Below are positions 1-10,286 of a stretch of 64,000 nt of DNA, in pieces. The notes beneath the pieces were generated by a model that was not told where the DNA came from, made no database searches, and saw only the letters and a program-made list of their open reading frames with translations. The stretch spans positions 3,361 through 67,360 of the forward strand of contig CAYLQY010000015.1 of assembly GCA_964386325.1 (NCBI GenBank). Reading direction: 5' to 3'. Positions within the stretch are counted from its first letter, which is position 1, and each line of letters begins with the position of its first letter. Made by a program: the position numbers and the translations under genes. This DNA is from an uncultured Erysipelotrichaceae bacterium (GTDB lineage Bacteria; Bacillota_I; Bacilli_A; Erysipelotrichales; Erysipelotrichaceae).

Positions 1-37
1 CTCAAGTTAGATTAAATTATACCAATTTTTCATAATT

Positions 38-92
38 ATAAAAAGAGTAGTTATACAGTGATTTCAATATGACCACTTTTTAACTACTCTTT
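38..92 (-). terminator. Terminator-like hairpin downstream of the 79-aa ORF
   Basis: 12-bp inverted repeat AAAGAGTAGTTA (42-53) / TAACTACTCTTT (81-92). On the minus strand it is followed by a TTTTT-A run. Confidence 0.4.
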
Positions 93-179
93 AAAATAAT
101 TTATACTTATTTAGTTTTCTCAAAAACCTAAATCATCCAATAAAACAAATATCCAATCTAAGTAATACTATTATTTTGA

Positions 180-419
180 TTACCATTCTCTTTCATTGAT
201 GTAAACTTGTTCATCCTTAGCCTTTACTGAGTCTATATTAACTTCTTTTACTTTTGATTCATCTAATGAGTACCACGTAATCTTTTTTTTCTTACGAAAT
301 GGATTAAGGTAAGATAAACCTTTACCAATAGTATCCCAAAAAAATATCCATAAGCGACAAACCATAAATGAAACAAATGATAAAACAAGAACTACACCAA
401 GCAACTCTAAGATGCTCAT
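180..419 (-). CDS. Small hypothetical membrane protein (79 aa, one N-terminal TM, Lys-rich juxtamembrane stretch)
   Basis: ORF with AGAGGT RBS 5 nt upstream. Start overlaps the stop of the upstream ORF (TAATG). The hydrophobic N-terminus LLGVVLVLSFVSFMV is followed by KKKK. No family recognised. Confidence 0.45.
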   Translation of the reverse strand: MSILELLGVVLVLSFVSFMVCRLWIFFWDTIGKGLSYLNPFRKKKKITWYSLDESKVKEVNIDSVKAKDEQVYINEREW

Positions 420-901
420 TATTTACCTCTAAACTTGTTCCAAAAAGATTCAAAATCCATTATTGTTCCAGGTTGATATACATACGCAAAGTACTCACTA
501 TCATACTCTTCCATTAAATAGAACTGCGTGTATCCTGCCATTAGACCACCCTCATGATAGATAAGATAAGCTGCTCCATCAGGACCTGTCTTCGCTTTTT
601 TTATATGTCCTTTTTGAAACATCACAGGTTCTCCACATCCATCTAAATCTGGTGAAGTTTGAATTAATATAAGGCTCATATCATTTTCACGATAACCTAA
701 AATATAACTTCCATATAAATACGTTGTTTTCCGTGCCAAAATATAATTACTTGTCTTAACTTCTGATGTATATGCATATACAACTTTATAACCTTCGTTA
801 TCTTCTACAACTTGATTGAATAGAGCTTTGATTTTTGCTTTATTTGCATCGCTCTTAGCAATATCCCATTCTTTTTTCTTCCCGAATCCAAATAACCCCA
901 T
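419..901 (-). CDS. Hypothetical cytoplasmic protein (160 aa from the internal ATG)
   Basis: The track ORF begins at 916, but AGGAGG lies 6 nt before the ATG at 901 (MGLFGFGKKK...), so 901 is preferred. No family recognised with confidence. Translationally coupled to the 79-aa ORF. Confidence 0.5.
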   Translation of the reverse strand: MGLFGFGKKKEWDIAKSDANKAKIKALFNQVVEDNEGYKVVYAYTSEVKTSNYILARKTTYLYGSYILGYRENDMSLILIQTSPDLDGCGEPVMFQKGHIKKAKTGPDGAAYLIYHEGGLMAGYTQFYLMEEYDSEYFAYVYQPGTIMDFESFWNKFRGK

Positions 902-966
902 AAAATACCTCCTCATCGCGTTAATGATATAGTATTTTAGTTTTATTTGGGTTATATCTTATCTAT

Positions 967-2166
967 TTATTGAGCATAAGCGTTGATAAATCGTTCAAGT
1001 TCTTTCCATGTTACTGGAATTACACTTGCATGTCTTGGTTGTTCCATAGGAGCTACCACATCTGTCAACATATTCACTTCGCTAAACTCTCCCGAACTAA
1101 CATCATAGGTCAGTTTTGCCTGAAATTGTTTTCTTGTATAATCATCATAATAAAGAATATAATCATAGTCTCTTTTCATATAGAAAGGTCCTTCACTTTG
1201 ATGACCTGTAATATATGTGTCCGAGAATTCATCAAACCCTAAGTAATCACTATCAGAGAATCCCAGAAATAACTGTGAGTGCTCCTCCATAGGTTCTCTT
1301 TCATCTTTTAATACAATTGTATAATTATACCCATTCTTTATAATTGTTCCATCAATAACTGGATATCCTGTATCTAATAGTTTTTTAGGATATGAAATTT
1401 CATTTAAATCTGGCGATAAATTGTAATACATTCCACCATCTTCAGGACTTGACCAATAAATTACATAGTTATCAATTCTTCGATCATAAAATGCTTCTGG
1501 TGCCCAAGCTTGCTTTTCTGACATTTTCAACTCATCAGACGATGAATTTACTTGTAATAGTCTTTCGTTTTCAAACGTCACACCATCTTTACTGTCCCAT
1601 GCATAAATTGAAGGATTATCCCACCCTTGTGTTGCAATCATCGAAAAGCTACCATCTTTCATTCTTACAAGGAAAGGATCACGAACTTGTTTAGTTCCTA
1701 TCTTTGCTTTAAAGATAGGTTCATCATTATTCAAGAGATACCACAGTGTCCCATTGTATGTATATGCTAGTTTAGGGTTTTCATAATCTTCTCCACTACC
1801 ACCAAAATAACTCATAACATAACCTACACGTGGATCTAGCAATACTATATTTTCAAAAACTAATTCTTCATTATTAATAACCAATTCCAAGACTATTGGT
1901 TCATATTCTTTTGCATCATCAGTCTTAATAATTTTATTATCAATGATTTCAGCGTTACCTTCTTGTATTTGCCAAGAAACCGGATTTCCTTCTTTATCCA
2001 AAGGTAATTCACTTTCTGCGAAAATAAAACTATCTAGACTTTGGTTATAATAATCAAATACTGCATTGCTAGTATTTGGATTTGAAGTTACTTCAAAAGA
2101 AGGTTGAGTACCTTTTGAACAACCTCCTAAAAATACAATTAATATCACCAGTACTATTTTTTTCAT
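967..2166 (-). CDS. Glycoside hydrolase family 43-like five-bladed beta-propeller lipoprotein
   Basis: Signal peptide with lipobox (VFLGG-C-SKG). GH43-type motifs RDPF, WAPE and EGP appear in the expected order. 399 aa. Confidence 0.6.
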   Translation of the reverse strand: MKKIVLVILIVFLGGCSKGTQPSFEVTSNPNTSNAVFDYYNQSLDSFIFAESELPLDKEGNPVSWQIQEGNAEIIDNKIIKTDDAKEYEPIVLELVINNEELVFENIVLLDPRVGYVMSYFGGSGEDYENPKLAYTYNGTLWYLLNNDEPIFKAKIGTKQVRDPFLVRMKDGSFSMIATQGWDNPSIYAWDSKDGVTFENERLLQVNSSSDELKMSEKQAWAPEAFYDRRIDNYVIYWSSPEDGGMYYNLSPDLNEISYPKKLLDTGYPVIDGTIIKNGYNYTIVLKDEREPMEEHSQLFLGFSDSDYLGFDEFSDTYITGHQSEGPFYMKRDYDYILYYDDYTRKQFQAKLTYDVSSGEFSEVNMLTDVVAPMEQPRHASVIPVTWKELERFINAYAQ

Positions 2167-2172
2167 ATTTCT

Positions 2173-2201
2173 ATTATAACAAATATATGTAGTGATAAGA
2201 A
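2173..2201 (-). promoter_or_regulatory. Sigma-A type promoter placed for a leaderless transcript of the GH43-like gene
   Basis: Minus strand reads TTCTTA - 17 nt - TGt TATAAT (extended -10), then agaaat, then ATG. The A of the ATG is 7 nt after the -10. No Shine-Dalgarno sequence is present. Confidence 0.45.
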
Positions 2202-2264
2202 CTTAAATACAAGGTGTTACCATTTCTTAAGAGTTCCAGTACATTTATTATCTTCAATAAACAT

Positions 2265-2294
2265 TAAAAAAACTCCAATCCGAAGATTAGAGTT
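2265..2294 (-). terminator. Intrinsic terminator after rplQ
   Basis: Minus strand reads ACUCUAAUC-UUCG-GAUUGGAGU followed by U7. It lies immediately downstream of the rplQ stop. Confidence 0.8.
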
Positions 2295-2307
2295 TACTAA
2301 GTTTGAA

Positions 2308-2670
2308 CTAAACTAATTCAATGATAGCCATTGGAGCATTATCTCCACGGCGGTTACCAGTTTTTATTACACGAGTATATCCACCATTACGTTCTTTGTA
2401 TTTTGGTGCAACTTCGTCGAATAATTTTTGAAGAACTGTTTGTTCAGTTTTTTCATCAGCAACAACGTTACGGATATAAGCAGCAGCTTGACGACGAGCG
2501 TGTAAGTCACCGCGTTTCCCTAAAGTAATCATTTCATCAACAACTGAACGAAGATCTTTTGCCTTCATTTCAGTAGTTTCGATTTTTCCATGAAGGATTA
2601 CTGATGTTGCCATATTTCTAAGCATCGCTTTGCGATGGTCAGCATTACGTCCAAATTTACGATTCCACAT
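2308..2670 (-). CDS. rplQ: 50S ribosomal protein L17
   Basis: 120 aa with L17-type N-terminus ([16 protein letters not shown]). AAGGAGGA RBS. Last gene of the alpha operon after rpoA. Confidence 0.95.
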   Translation of the reverse strand: MWNRKFGRNADHRKAMLRNMATSVILHGKIETTEMKAKDLRSVVDEMITLGKRGDLHARRQAAAYIRNVVADEKTEQTVLQKLFDEVAPKYKERNGGYTRVIKTGNRRGDNAPMAIIELV

Positions 2671-2690
2671 TGTCCTATTCCTCCTTGCTA

Positions 2691-3650
2691 TTAGTCAAAT
2701 GATTTAAAGCTAAAACCAAGTTCATAGATTTTATCTTTAACTTCTTTAAGAGACTTCTTACCTAAGTTACGAACTCTCATCATTTCATCTTCAGTCTTTT
2801 GAGTTAATTCCTCAACAGTTTGAATACCAGCACGTTTTAAACAGTTATAAGAACGTACAGATAAGTCTAAATCTTCAATCATCATTACAAGACCTTTATT
2901 AACTACTTCACCATTAGCGTCTTTAATGCAAGATTCCATATCCACTACTGAATCTTGAATATTAGCTAGAATGTCGAGGTGATCAATAAGAATCTTAGAC
3001 CCTAATGCCAAAGACATTTGAGGAGTAATTGAACCATTAGTATATACTTCAACAACTAAACGATCATATTTAGCATCTTGTCCCACACGAGTTGGCTCAA
3101 CTTCATATGCAACACGTTCAATTGGTGTATAAATTGAGTCTGTATAAACAGTTCCAATACCTTGAGATGATCCTTGATAAAGTGCTTTATTACCGTCAGC
3201 ACTTATGTAGCCACGGCCGTTACGAGCTTTCAGTTCCATTTCAAGAACGCCACCTTTTTCAAGATGTGCAATCTCTAGATCTTTGTTTAAAACTTCTACA
3301 CCAGCAGGACAAATAATATCACCTGCTGTAACAGTGCATGGTCCTTTTGCTGAAATCTTTAATGTATAGATTTCATCATCTTCAATTTTCATAATCAATT
3401 GCTTGATGTTTAGAATCATCATTGTAACGTCTTCTAATACACCAGGAATTGAAGTGAATTCATGATAAACGCCATCTACTTTTATGCAGTAAACAGCTGC
3501 TCCCGGTAAAGAGGAAAGTAAAACACGTCTAAGTGCATTTCCGATTGTTGTTCCAAAACCTCTTTCCAAAGGTTCAATTACGAATTTTCCGTAATTATCT
3601 GATTCAACATATTCCTTAACTTCAAAATTGGCACGTTCAAATTTTTGCAT
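2691..3650 (-). CDS. rpoA: DNA-directed RNA polymerase subunit alpha
   Basis: 319 aa. N-terminal assembly domain and C-terminal alpha-CTD ([14 protein letters not shown]). Conserved position after rpsK. Confidence 0.95.
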   Translation of the reverse strand: MQKFERANFEVKEYVESDNYGKFVIEPLERGFGTTIGNALRRVLLSSLPGAAVYCIKVDGVYHEFTSIPGVLEDVTMMILNIKQLIMKIEDDEIYTLKISAKGPCTVTAGDIICPAGVEVLNKDLEIAHLEKGGVLEMELKARNGRGYISADGNKALYQGSSQGIGTVYTDSIYTPIERVAYEVEPTRVGQDAKYDRLVVEVYTNGSITPQMSLALGSKILIDHLDILANIQDSVVDMESCIKDANGEVVNKGLVMMIEDLDLSVRSYNCLKRAGIQTVEELTQKTEDEMMRVRNLGKKSLKEVKDKIYELGFSFKSFD

Positions 3651-3675
3651 ATCGTGTTCCCTCCTTCTTTATCTA

Positions 3676-4068
3676 TTAACCACGAGGTCGTTTTGGTGGA
3701 CGACATCCGTTATGTGGAATTGGAGTTACATCATTGATAACTGTAATTTCAAGTCCTGCTGTTTGAAGTGATCTAACAGCTGCTTCACGTCCAGGACCAG
3801 GTCCTTTAACGCTTACTTCTACTACTTTCATTCCATGATCTACGGCTGCTTTTGCAGCTGCTTCACCACACATTTGTGCAGCATATGGAGTTGATTTACG
3901 AGATCCTTTATATCCTAACGCTCCAGCACTTGACCAAGCGATAGCATTTCCAGCTTCGTCAGTGATAGTCACGATGGTATTGTTAAACGTTGAATGAATG
4001 TGAGCTACACCTTTAGCGACATTCTTACGTACACGTTTTTTACGTGTTGTTGATTTTGCATTTGCCAT
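3676..4068 (-). CDS. rpsK: 30S ribosomal protein S11
   Basis: 130 aa, S11 family sequence ([14 protein letters not shown]). Operon position matches. Confidence 0.95.
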   Translation of the reverse strand: MANAKSTTRKKRVRKNVAKGVAHIHSTFNNTIVTITDEAGNAIAWSSAGALGYKGSRKSTPYAAQMCGEAAAKAAVDHGMKVVEVSVKGPGPGREAAVRSLQTAGLEITVINDVTPIPHNGCRPPKRPRG

Positions 4069-4086
4069 TGTCTTCTCCTCCTATCA

Positions 4087-4452
4087 CTATTTCTTCTTAT
4101 TCGCTACTGTACGACGAGGTCCTTTACGTGTACGAGCATTTGTTTTTGTTCTTTGTCCGCGAACTGGTAATCCACGTCTATGACGCATTCCACGGTAACA
4201 TCCAATTTCCATTAGACGTTTGATATTAAGTTGAACTTCACGACGAAGATCACCTTCTACTTTAATTTTGTCTATTTCTTGACGAATTGCATTAACTTGT
4301 TCATCGCTTAAATCTTTTACGCGGATGCTTTCGTTAATGTTGCTATCCTTAAGAATTTTAGCCGCTGTTGATGGGCCAATTCCGTAGATATAAGTTAGAG
4401 ATATTACTACACGTTTGTCACGTGGAATATCTACGCCTGCAATACGAGCCAT
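4087..4452 (-). CDS. rpsM: 30S ribosomal protein S13
   Basis: 121 aa, starts [15 protein letters not shown]. Operon position matches. Confidence 0.95.
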   Translation of the reverse strand: MARIAGVDIPRDKRVVISLTYIYGIGPSTAAKILKDSNINESIRVKDLSDEQVNAIRQEIDKIKVEGDLRREVQLNIKRLMEIGCYRGMRHRRGLPVRGQRTKTNARTRKGPRRTVANKKK

Positions 4453-4466
4453 ATCTTATTTTCCTC

Positions 4467-4583
4467 CTAGTTTCCTTGACGTTGTTTGTGTTTAGGGTTT
4501 TCACAAATTACCATAACGGTACCTTTGCGTTTGATGATTCGGCACTTATCACAAATCGGTTTGACTGATGGTCTTACTTTCAT
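4467..4583 (-). CDS. rpmJ: 50S ribosomal protein L36
   Basis: 38-aa ORF below the track length cut-off: [38 protein letters not shown]. Canonical L36 zinc-ribbon pattern. Lies between infA and rpsM. Confidence 0.9.
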   Translation of the reverse strand: MKVRPSVKPICDKCRIIKRKGTVMVICENPKHKQRQGN

Positions 4584-4600
4584 GTGTTTTCCCTCCTAGA

Positions 4601-4819
4601 CTATTTATGTCTAAATGTTATACGCCCACGTGTTAAATCATATGGTGAAATTTCTACTGTAACGCGATCACCTGGTAAAATGCGAATGTAGTGCATACGG
4701 ATTTTACCAGAAACGTGAGCCAAGATAACGTGTCCATTTTGTAGTTTCACTTTAAACTTTGCATCAGGAAGTGTTTCTTCAACAATTCCATCAATTTCAA
4801 TGACGTCTTGTTTGCCCAT
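4601..4819 (-). CDS. infA: Translation initiation factor IF-1
   Basis: 72 aa S1-like fold sequence ([25 protein letters not shown]). GAGGAGGAA RBS. Confidence 0.95.
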   Translation of the reverse strand: MGKQDVIEIDGIVEETLPDAKFKVKLQNGHVILAHVSGKIRMHYIRILPGDRVTVEISPYDLTRGRITFRHK

Positions 4820-4867
4820 TAAAATATGTTTCCTCCTCTTAGTGTATAGAATTGTTTCCTTTGGAAC

Positions 4868-4899
4868 TTCTATTTAGATGGAAAACCATCTAAATAGAA
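4868..4899 (-). promoter_or_regulatory. Perfect 14-bp stem-loop between adk and infA (possible processing or stabiliser element, no U-tract)
   Basis: TTCTATTTAGATGG-aaaa-CCATCTAAATAGAA. On the minus strand it is followed by a non-U-rich sequence. Confidence 0.5.
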
Positions 4900-4918
4900 A
4901 TATTATTGAAGCTTATCT

Positions 4919-5563
4919 TCACTTTGCCAAAGCGTTCTTGATATCAGCATATACTTGTTCAATTTCTTGAGAAGCATTGATATCAACAACTAAACCTTTT
5001 TCTCGATAATAATCAAGACAAGGTTGAGTATTCTTATAGTGTTCGTCTAAACGAACTTTTAATTGTTCAACTGTATCATCAGCACGTTGCGTTAGTGGAC
5101 TTCCACAAACATCACAGATGCCATCAACTTTTGGTGGATTGCTCTTGATGTGGAAAATAGCTCCACAATTCTTACAGATGCGACGACCAGTTACTCTTTC
5201 AGCTAAAGCATCAAAATCAACAGTAAGATTAAGAACAAGTTGAACTGGTTTATTAATCTTATTTGTAATTTCTTCTAATGCTTTTGCTTGAGGTAATGAA
5301 CGAGGAAATCCATCGATGAGATAACCTTTTTGACAATCGTCTTTTTGAAGTCTCTCTTCAATTAAACTAATCACCAAATCATCTGGCACTAGTTTTCCCT
5401 CATTCATGAATGTTTGAGCTTTAAGTCCAAGTGGACTTCCTTCTTTAATAGCATTTCTAAGCATGTCCCCAGTAGAGATGTGAGGAATGTTATAGTTTTC
5501 CAATATCTTTTCAGACATTGTTCCCTTGCCACTTCCAGCAGGACCCATAATTAGAATATTCAT
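4919..5563 (-). CDS. adk: Adenylate kinase (zinc-lid type)
   Basis: 214 aa. P-loop GPAGSGKGT. LID with CKNCG...CDVCG. Confidence 0.95.
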   Translation of the reverse strand: MNILIMGPAGSGKGTMSEKILENYNIPHISTGDMLRNAIKEGSPLGLKAQTFMNEGKLVPDDLVISLIEERLQKDDCQKGYLIDGFPRSLPQAKALEEITNKINKPVQLVLNLTVDFDALAERVTGRRICKNCGAIFHIKSNPPKVDGICDVCGSPLTQRADDTVEQLKVRLDEHYKNTQPCLDYYREKGLVVDINASQEIEQVYADIKNALAK

Positions 5564-5578
5564 TTTTATAACACCTTC

Positions 5579-6868
5579 TTATTTATTAAGAAAGCCTCTG
5601 TACGCTTTCTGTGTTAGTTGACCCTTTAATTGGCTCATTGTTTCCATAGCTACACCAACAACGATAATAATTCCAGTTCCACCAATTGCGGTAGAAGTAG
5701 GAAGAGAAGTAAACATTGGTAGTAAGTATGGAAGTAGTGCTAAGAATGTTAGTCCAGCTGCACCGAGAACTGTAATTCGATTCAATACTTTTCCTAAATA
5801 TTCTTTTGTTTCATTACCAGGACGAATTCCTGGAATATATGCTCCACTTTTACCTAAGTTTTCAGCAACCTTTGACGGATCGACTTGCATGTTAGTATAA
5901 AAGAATGTGAATAAAATTGTTAATAAAGCATAAATTACTAGTCCGATTGGTTTTTGTAAGCTAAGTACATTACCCATCGCAGTAGTAAACGCATTTGCTG
6001 GGAAGAAACTAGCAATAATTTGTGGCGCAGTCATAATTGATTGTGCAAAAATTACTGGAATTACAGATGCCGAATTTATTTTAAACGGCAAATATGTAAT
6101 ATCATTCTTTCCACGTTGTACAGTACTTGAAGTGTATTGGATAGGAATCTTACGTACTGCAAGTTGCATTAATACAACTAACAGAATAATTACAATATAC
6201 ATTGCAATAAACATTGCAAATTGAATTAATCCATTAAACATTGCTGTTTGATTTGTAGTATCAACTAAGATTGAATATGTTTGACTAAATGTGAATGGAA
6301 TATTTGATACGATACCCGCGAAGATGATAATAGAAACTCCATTACCAATACCTTTTTGAGAAATACGATCACCAATCCACAAGAGGAACATAGTACCTGC
6401 TGTTAATACTGTCGCTGTATAAAAATAATTTGCTAAAGAACTTGCTTCAAGGATATTATTCGAAACATCAAATGCATAAACCATTGTAAAGGCTTGAACA
6501 AAAGATAATACAACACCCAAATAACGAGTGATTTTATCCATCTTCATACGACCTTGTTGGCCAGATTTAGCCATTTCAGTTAAAGCAGGAATTACATCCA
6601 TACTCAATAACTGAATAATGATTGATGCTGTGATGTAAGGTCCAACACCCATTGCGAAGATTGAAAATCTTTGCAATGAGCCCCCACCTAATAAGTTCAT
6701 CATACTTAAGATTGAATTATCTGCAATTCCACTTCGAATTACATCCATATTAATACCAGGTGTAGGTATTGCTGCACCTAGTCGATAGATGAGAAGCATT
6801 GCAAGAGTAAATAAGATCTTATTTCGAGTATCCTTGTTTTTAAACAAGTTGATACAAGTTTGGATCAT
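5579..6868 (-). CDS. secY: Preprotein translocase subunit SecY
   Basis: 429 aa polytopic membrane protein. SecY position between rplO and adk. Confidence 0.95.
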   Translation of the reverse strand: MIQTCINLFKNKDTRNKILFTLAMLLIYRLGAAIPTPGINMDVIRSGIADNSILSMMNLLGGGSLQRFSIFAMGVGPYITASIIIQLLSMDVIPALTEMAKSGQQGRMKMDKITRYLGVVLSFVQAFTMVYAFDVSNNILEASSLANYFYTATVLTAGTMFLLWIGDRISQKGIGNGVSIIIFAGIVSNIPFTFSQTYSILVDTTNQTAMFNGLIQFAMFIAMYIVIILLVVLMQLAVRKIPIQYTSSTVQRGKNDITYLPFKINSASVIPVIFAQSIMTAPQIIASFFPANAFTTAMGNVLSLQKPIGLVIYALLTILFTFFYTNMQVDPSKVAENLGKSGAYIPGIRPGNETKEYLGKVLNRITVLGAAGLTFLALLPYLLPMFTSLPTSTAIGGTGIIIVVGVAMETMSQLKGQLTQKAYRGFLNK

Positions 6869-6869
6869 A

Positions 6870-7310
6870 TTAGATCACCTCAACTTTTCCGCCTGCGTTT
6901 TCAATTAATTCTTGAGCTGACTTAGAAAATTTGTTAGCTTGAACAGTCAACTTCTTTTCTAGTTTACCATAACCTAATACTTTAACACCATCTAAACATT
7001 TCTTAATTAGACCAGCGTTTAATAATGCTTCAATCGAAACAACTGCCCCATCTTCAAACTTATTTAAGCTTTCAACGTTTACAATTGCATATTCTTTACG
7101 AGTGAAATTAGTAAATCCACGTTTAGGAATACGTTTGTAAAGAGGAGTTTGTCCTCCTTCAAAACCTAAAGCAACTCCACCGCCACTACGTGCGTTTTGT
7201 CCTTTATTTCCTTTACCAGCTGTTTTACCATTTCCTGATCCATGACCACGACCTACTCTGAAAGACTTATGACGGGCACCTTCTGTATATTTCAATTCAT
7301 TTAATTTCAT
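6870..7310 (-). CDS. rplO: 50S ribosomal protein L15
   Basis: 146 aa with a Gly/Lys/Arg-rich N-terminus typical of L15. Follows rpsE directly, with no rpmD between them. Confidence 0.95.
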   Translation of the reverse strand: MKLNELKYTEGARHKSFRVGRGHGSGNGKTAGKGNKGQNARSGGGVALGFEGGQTPLYKRIPKRGFTNFTRKEYAIVNVESLNKFEDGAVVSIEALLNAGLIKKCLDGVKVLGYGKLEKKLTVQANKFSKSAQELIENAGGKVEVI

Positions 7311-7325
7311 AACTACCTCGGCCTC

Positions 7326-7841
7326 CTATCGAATTTCTTGCGGTTTCTTTTCACGTAGTTTAGCTACGCTATTAACCGTTTTAAGATTAGTTAATGCTGT
7401 CATTGTTGCATGAACCATGTTTATTGGTGTACGAGAACCGATACATTTTGAAAGTACATCGGAAACCCCTGCAAGTTCTAATACTGCACGAACTGCACCA
7501 CCTGCGATAACTCCAGTACCTTCTGCTGCTGGGCGAAGGAATACTTCACCTGCACCATATGTACCAGTAATAGCATGAGGAATTGTTTTGCCACCGTTAA
7601 CTAAGCTAACAGTAACAACATTCTTCTTTGCAGCTTCAATTGCTTTTTTGATTGCATCAGGTACTTCGTTTGCTTTCCCTGTTCCATATCCTACGCGGCC
7701 TTTTTTATCACCTACAACTACTAGAGCTGAGAAGCGCATACGGCGACCACCCTTAACAGTTTTGCTGACACGATTAATGACAACTACGCGCTCTTCAAAT
7801 TCTTTTTCGCGTTCTACTCTTCTTGGTTTACGTTCCATCAT
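7326..7841 (-). CDS. rpsE: 30S ribosomal protein S5
   Basis: 171 aa, S5 dsRBD and C-terminal domain sequence ([26 protein letters not shown]). Confidence 0.95.
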   Translation of the reverse strand: MMERKPRRVEREKEFEERVVVINRVSKTVKGGRRMRFSALVVVGDKKGRVGYGTGKANEVPDAIKKAIEAAKKNVVTVSLVNGGKTIPHAITGTYGAGEVFLRPAAEGTGVIAGGAVRAVLELAGVSDVLSKCIGSRTPINMVHATMTALTNLKTVNSVAKLREKKPQEIR

Positions 7842-7851
7842 GAGCTCCTTT

Positions 7852-8208
7852 CTAGAATTCTAGTCCAGCTTCTCTAGCTGCGTCAGCTAGGGCTTGGACA
7901 CGTCCGTGATATACATAACCTCCACGGTCAAATACAACTTTATTAATGTTTGCTGCTTTGCAAAGTTTTGCAATTTCAGCACCTACTTTTTGAGCTGCTT
8001 CTTTATTTCCACCATTTGCAAGCTTCATTTGAACTGAAGAACAAGCAACTAATGTTTTTGAATTTACATCATCGATAACTTGAACATGAATGTGCGCATT
8101 AGAGCGGAACACATTAAGGCGTGGGCATTCTGGAGTTCCACTAACTTTTGTACGAACACGTGCATGACGACGTAATCTTGTTTCATTCTTTGAAATCTTC
8201 TTAAGCAT
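7852..8208 (-). CDS. rplR: 50S ribosomal protein L18
   Basis: 118 aa, L18 family (RLRRHARVR...[17 protein letters not shown]). Confidence 0.95.
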   Translation of the reverse strand: MLKKISKNETRLRRHARVRTKVSGTPECPRLNVFRSNAHIHVQVIDDVNSKTLVACSSVQMKLANGGNKEAAQKVGAEIAKLCKAANINKVVFDRGGYVYHGRVQALADAAREAGLEF

Positions 8209-8229
8209 AGTTTCTTATCTCCTTTCCCA

Positions 8230-8775
8230 CTATTTCTTACCTGCCGTTTTTCCTTCTTTACGGCGGACATGTTCACCTTTGTAACGAATACCTTTACCTT
8301 TATAAGGTTCTGGTTTTCTAGTTGCACGGATGTTTGCGGCAAATTCACCAACACGTTGTTTATCAATTCCGAAAACTCTAATTTCTGTATTTGATGGACA
8401 TTCAACAGTTAGACCCTCTTCAACAGTGAATTCAACTGGATGAGAGTATCCAACGTTAAGTGTTAATTTTTTTCCGCTTACAGCAGCACGGAACCCGATC
8501 CCTACGATTTCAAGTACACGAAGGTAACCTTCATGACATCCTTCAATCATATTGTTAATAAGGGCACGAGTTGTACCATGTAATTGTTTTGTATGTTTTT
8601 CTTCGTTTGCACGAGCAACAGTAAGAATACCGTTTTCTTGTTTAATATCCATTAATGGACTAAACTGACGTGTTAAAGTTCCCTTAGGTCCTTTTACAGT
8701 CACCTCATTACCTGCAGCTACAGTAACTTCTACACCAGCAGGAATGGTAATCGCTTTATTTCCGATACGTGACAT
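8230..8775 (-). CDS. rplF: 50S ribosomal protein L6
   Basis: 181 aa, starts [17 protein letters not shown]. Confidence 0.95.
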   Translation of the reverse strand: MSRIGNKAITIPAGVEVTVAAGNEVTVKGPKGTLTRQFSPLMDIKQENGILTVARANEEKHTKQLHGTTRALINNMIEGCHEGYLRVLEIVGIGFRAAVSGKKLTLNVGYSHPVEFTVEEGLTVECPSNTEIRVFGIDKQRVGEFAANIRATRKPEPYKGKGIRYKGEHVRRKEGKTAGKK

Positions 8776-8798
8776 TTTAATATCTTCCTTTCAGTTTC

Positions 8799-9200
8799 TT
8801 ACCAAACGTAAGCGACAACTTCGCCGCCCGCATGTTTAGCTCTTGCTTCTTTATCAGTCATAAGACCTTGAGAAGTTGAAATAATTGCAATTCCTAAACC
8901 ATTAAGTACACGAGGTACTGCATCTGATTTTGCGTAAACGCGAAGACCAGGTTTAGAAATTCTTTTAATTCCACTAATAACTTTTTCATTGTTAGCACCA
9001 TATTTTAGTGTAACAGTAATTTTCTTTTCAGCAGCTGTTTCTCCACTTACTGCATAATTTGTAATGTATCCTTCACTCTTAAGAATCTTAGCAATTTCCA
9101 CTTTTACTTTTGAAGCGGGAATTTCTACTGATTCGTGACGAGCTTGAACGCCATTACGAATTCTAGTAAGCATATCTGCAATTGGATCAGTCATATTCAT
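8799..9200 (-). CDS. rpsH: 30S ribosomal protein S8
   Basis: 133 aa, [13 protein letters not shown] motif. Confidence 0.95.
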   Translation of the reverse strand: MNMTDPIADMLTRIRNGVQARHESVEIPASKVKVEIAKILKSEGYITNYAVSGETAAEKKITVTLKYGANNEKVISGIKRISKPGLRVYAKSDAVPRVLNGLGIAIISTSQGLMTDKEARAKHAGGEVVAYVW

Positions 9201-9214
9201 TCGTAACTTCCTCC

Positions 9215-9400
9215 TTACCAGCTAGCCTTTTTAACTCCAGGAATTTGGCCTTTGTAAGCTAATTCACGGAAGCAAATACGGCATAGTTTATATTTACGTA
9301 ATACTGAATGTGGACGTCCACAGCGTTCACATCTTGTGTATTCACGAGTTGAGAATTTTTGAGGACGTGCTTGTGATATTTTTTTAGATGTTTTTGCCAT
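9215..9400 (-). CDS. rpsN: 30S ribosomal protein S14, short zinc-binding (type Z) form
   Basis: 61 aa with CERCGRP...CRIC zinc ribbon. Lies between rplE and rpsH. Confidence 0.95.
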   Translation of the reverse strand: MAKTSKKISQARPQKFSTREYTRCERCGRPHSVLRKYKLCRICFRELAYKGQIPGVKKASW

Positions 9401-9413
9401 TGTTTAGTCCTCC

Positions 9414-9953
9414 TTATTTCGCAAATGGCATGCCCATTTCAGCTAGCAATGCCTTTGCTTCATCATTTGTGTTGGCAGTTGTTACGATAACAATATCCAT
9501 ACCTCTAGTTTTATTAACTTTATCGAAATTAATTTCTGGGAAGATTAATTGTTCCTTAACGCCAAGAGTATAGTTACCACGACCATCAAATGCTGTGTTA
9601 CTTACTCCACGGAAGTCACGTACACGAGGAAGAGAGATGTTGAATAATTTATCTAAGAATTCATACATTCTTTCACCACGTAATGTAACTTTACATCCAA
9701 TTGGCATACCTTCACGAAGTTTGAAGTTCGCGATAGATTTTTTAGCCTTTGTTACCACTGGTTTTTGACCAGAGATTTGAGTTAATTCAGCAACAGCTTC
9801 ATCTAATAATTTAGGGTTTGCAATTGCATCTCCAACTCCTAAGTTGATAACTACTTTATCAATCTTTGGACATTGCATAACTGTTGTGTAGTTGAACTTT
9901 TTAGTTAAAGCTGGCACTACAGCAGTTGTATATTTTTCTTGAAGGCGGTTCAT
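9414..9953 (-). CDS. rplE: 50S ribosomal protein L5
   Basis: 179 aa, L5 family. Operon position matches. Confidence 0.95.
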   Translation of the reverse strand: MNRLQEKYTTAVVPALTKKFNYTTVMQCPKIDKVVINLGVGDAIANPKLLDEAVAELTQISGQKPVVTKAKKSIANFKLREGMPIGCKVTLRGERMYEFLDKLFNISLPRVRDFRGVSNTAFDGRGNYTLGVKEQLIFPEINFDKVNKTRGMDIVIVTTANTNDEAKALLAEMGMPFAK

Positions 9954-10276
9954 TATTTCTTCTTACCTCCTTTGATTTCAGCACCTGATTTTTTATAAAC
10001 ACGTACTTTTTTATCTCCATCTACTTTATAACCTACGCGGCTAGTAGCTTTTGCTTTTGAATCATAAGCCATAACGTTAGAAACATGAATTGGAGCTTCC
10101 TTTTCAATGATTCCACCATCTGGATTAGCTTGAGTTGGCTTTAAACTCTTTTTGATTAAGTTTACACCTTCAACAATGACTTTTTCTTCTTTAGGGAAAA
10201 CAGCAGTTACTTCCCCAATAGTACCTTTGTAGTGTCCAGTGATAACTTTTACTTTATCGCCTTTTTTAATTTTCAT
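9953..10276 (-). CDS. rplX: 50S ribosomal protein L24
   Basis: 107 aa, KOW motif ([18 protein letters not shown]). Confidence 0.95.
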   Translation of the reverse strand: MKIKKGDKVKVITGHYKGTIGEVTAVFPKEEKVIVEGVNLIKKSLKPTQANPDGGIIEKEAPIHVSNVMAYDSKAKATSRVGYKVDGDKKVRVYKKSGAEIKGGKKK

Positions 10277-10286
10277 TGTTGACCTC

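Noticed and set aside
8064-8405. 113-aa minus-strand ORF overlapping rplR and rplF. Similar alternative-frame ORFs occur at 10685-10867, 11558-11767, 41740-41964 and 43150-43455.
   Set aside because: These are alternative frames inside highly conserved ribosomal and elongation factor genes. They have no RBS and no recognisable protein features.
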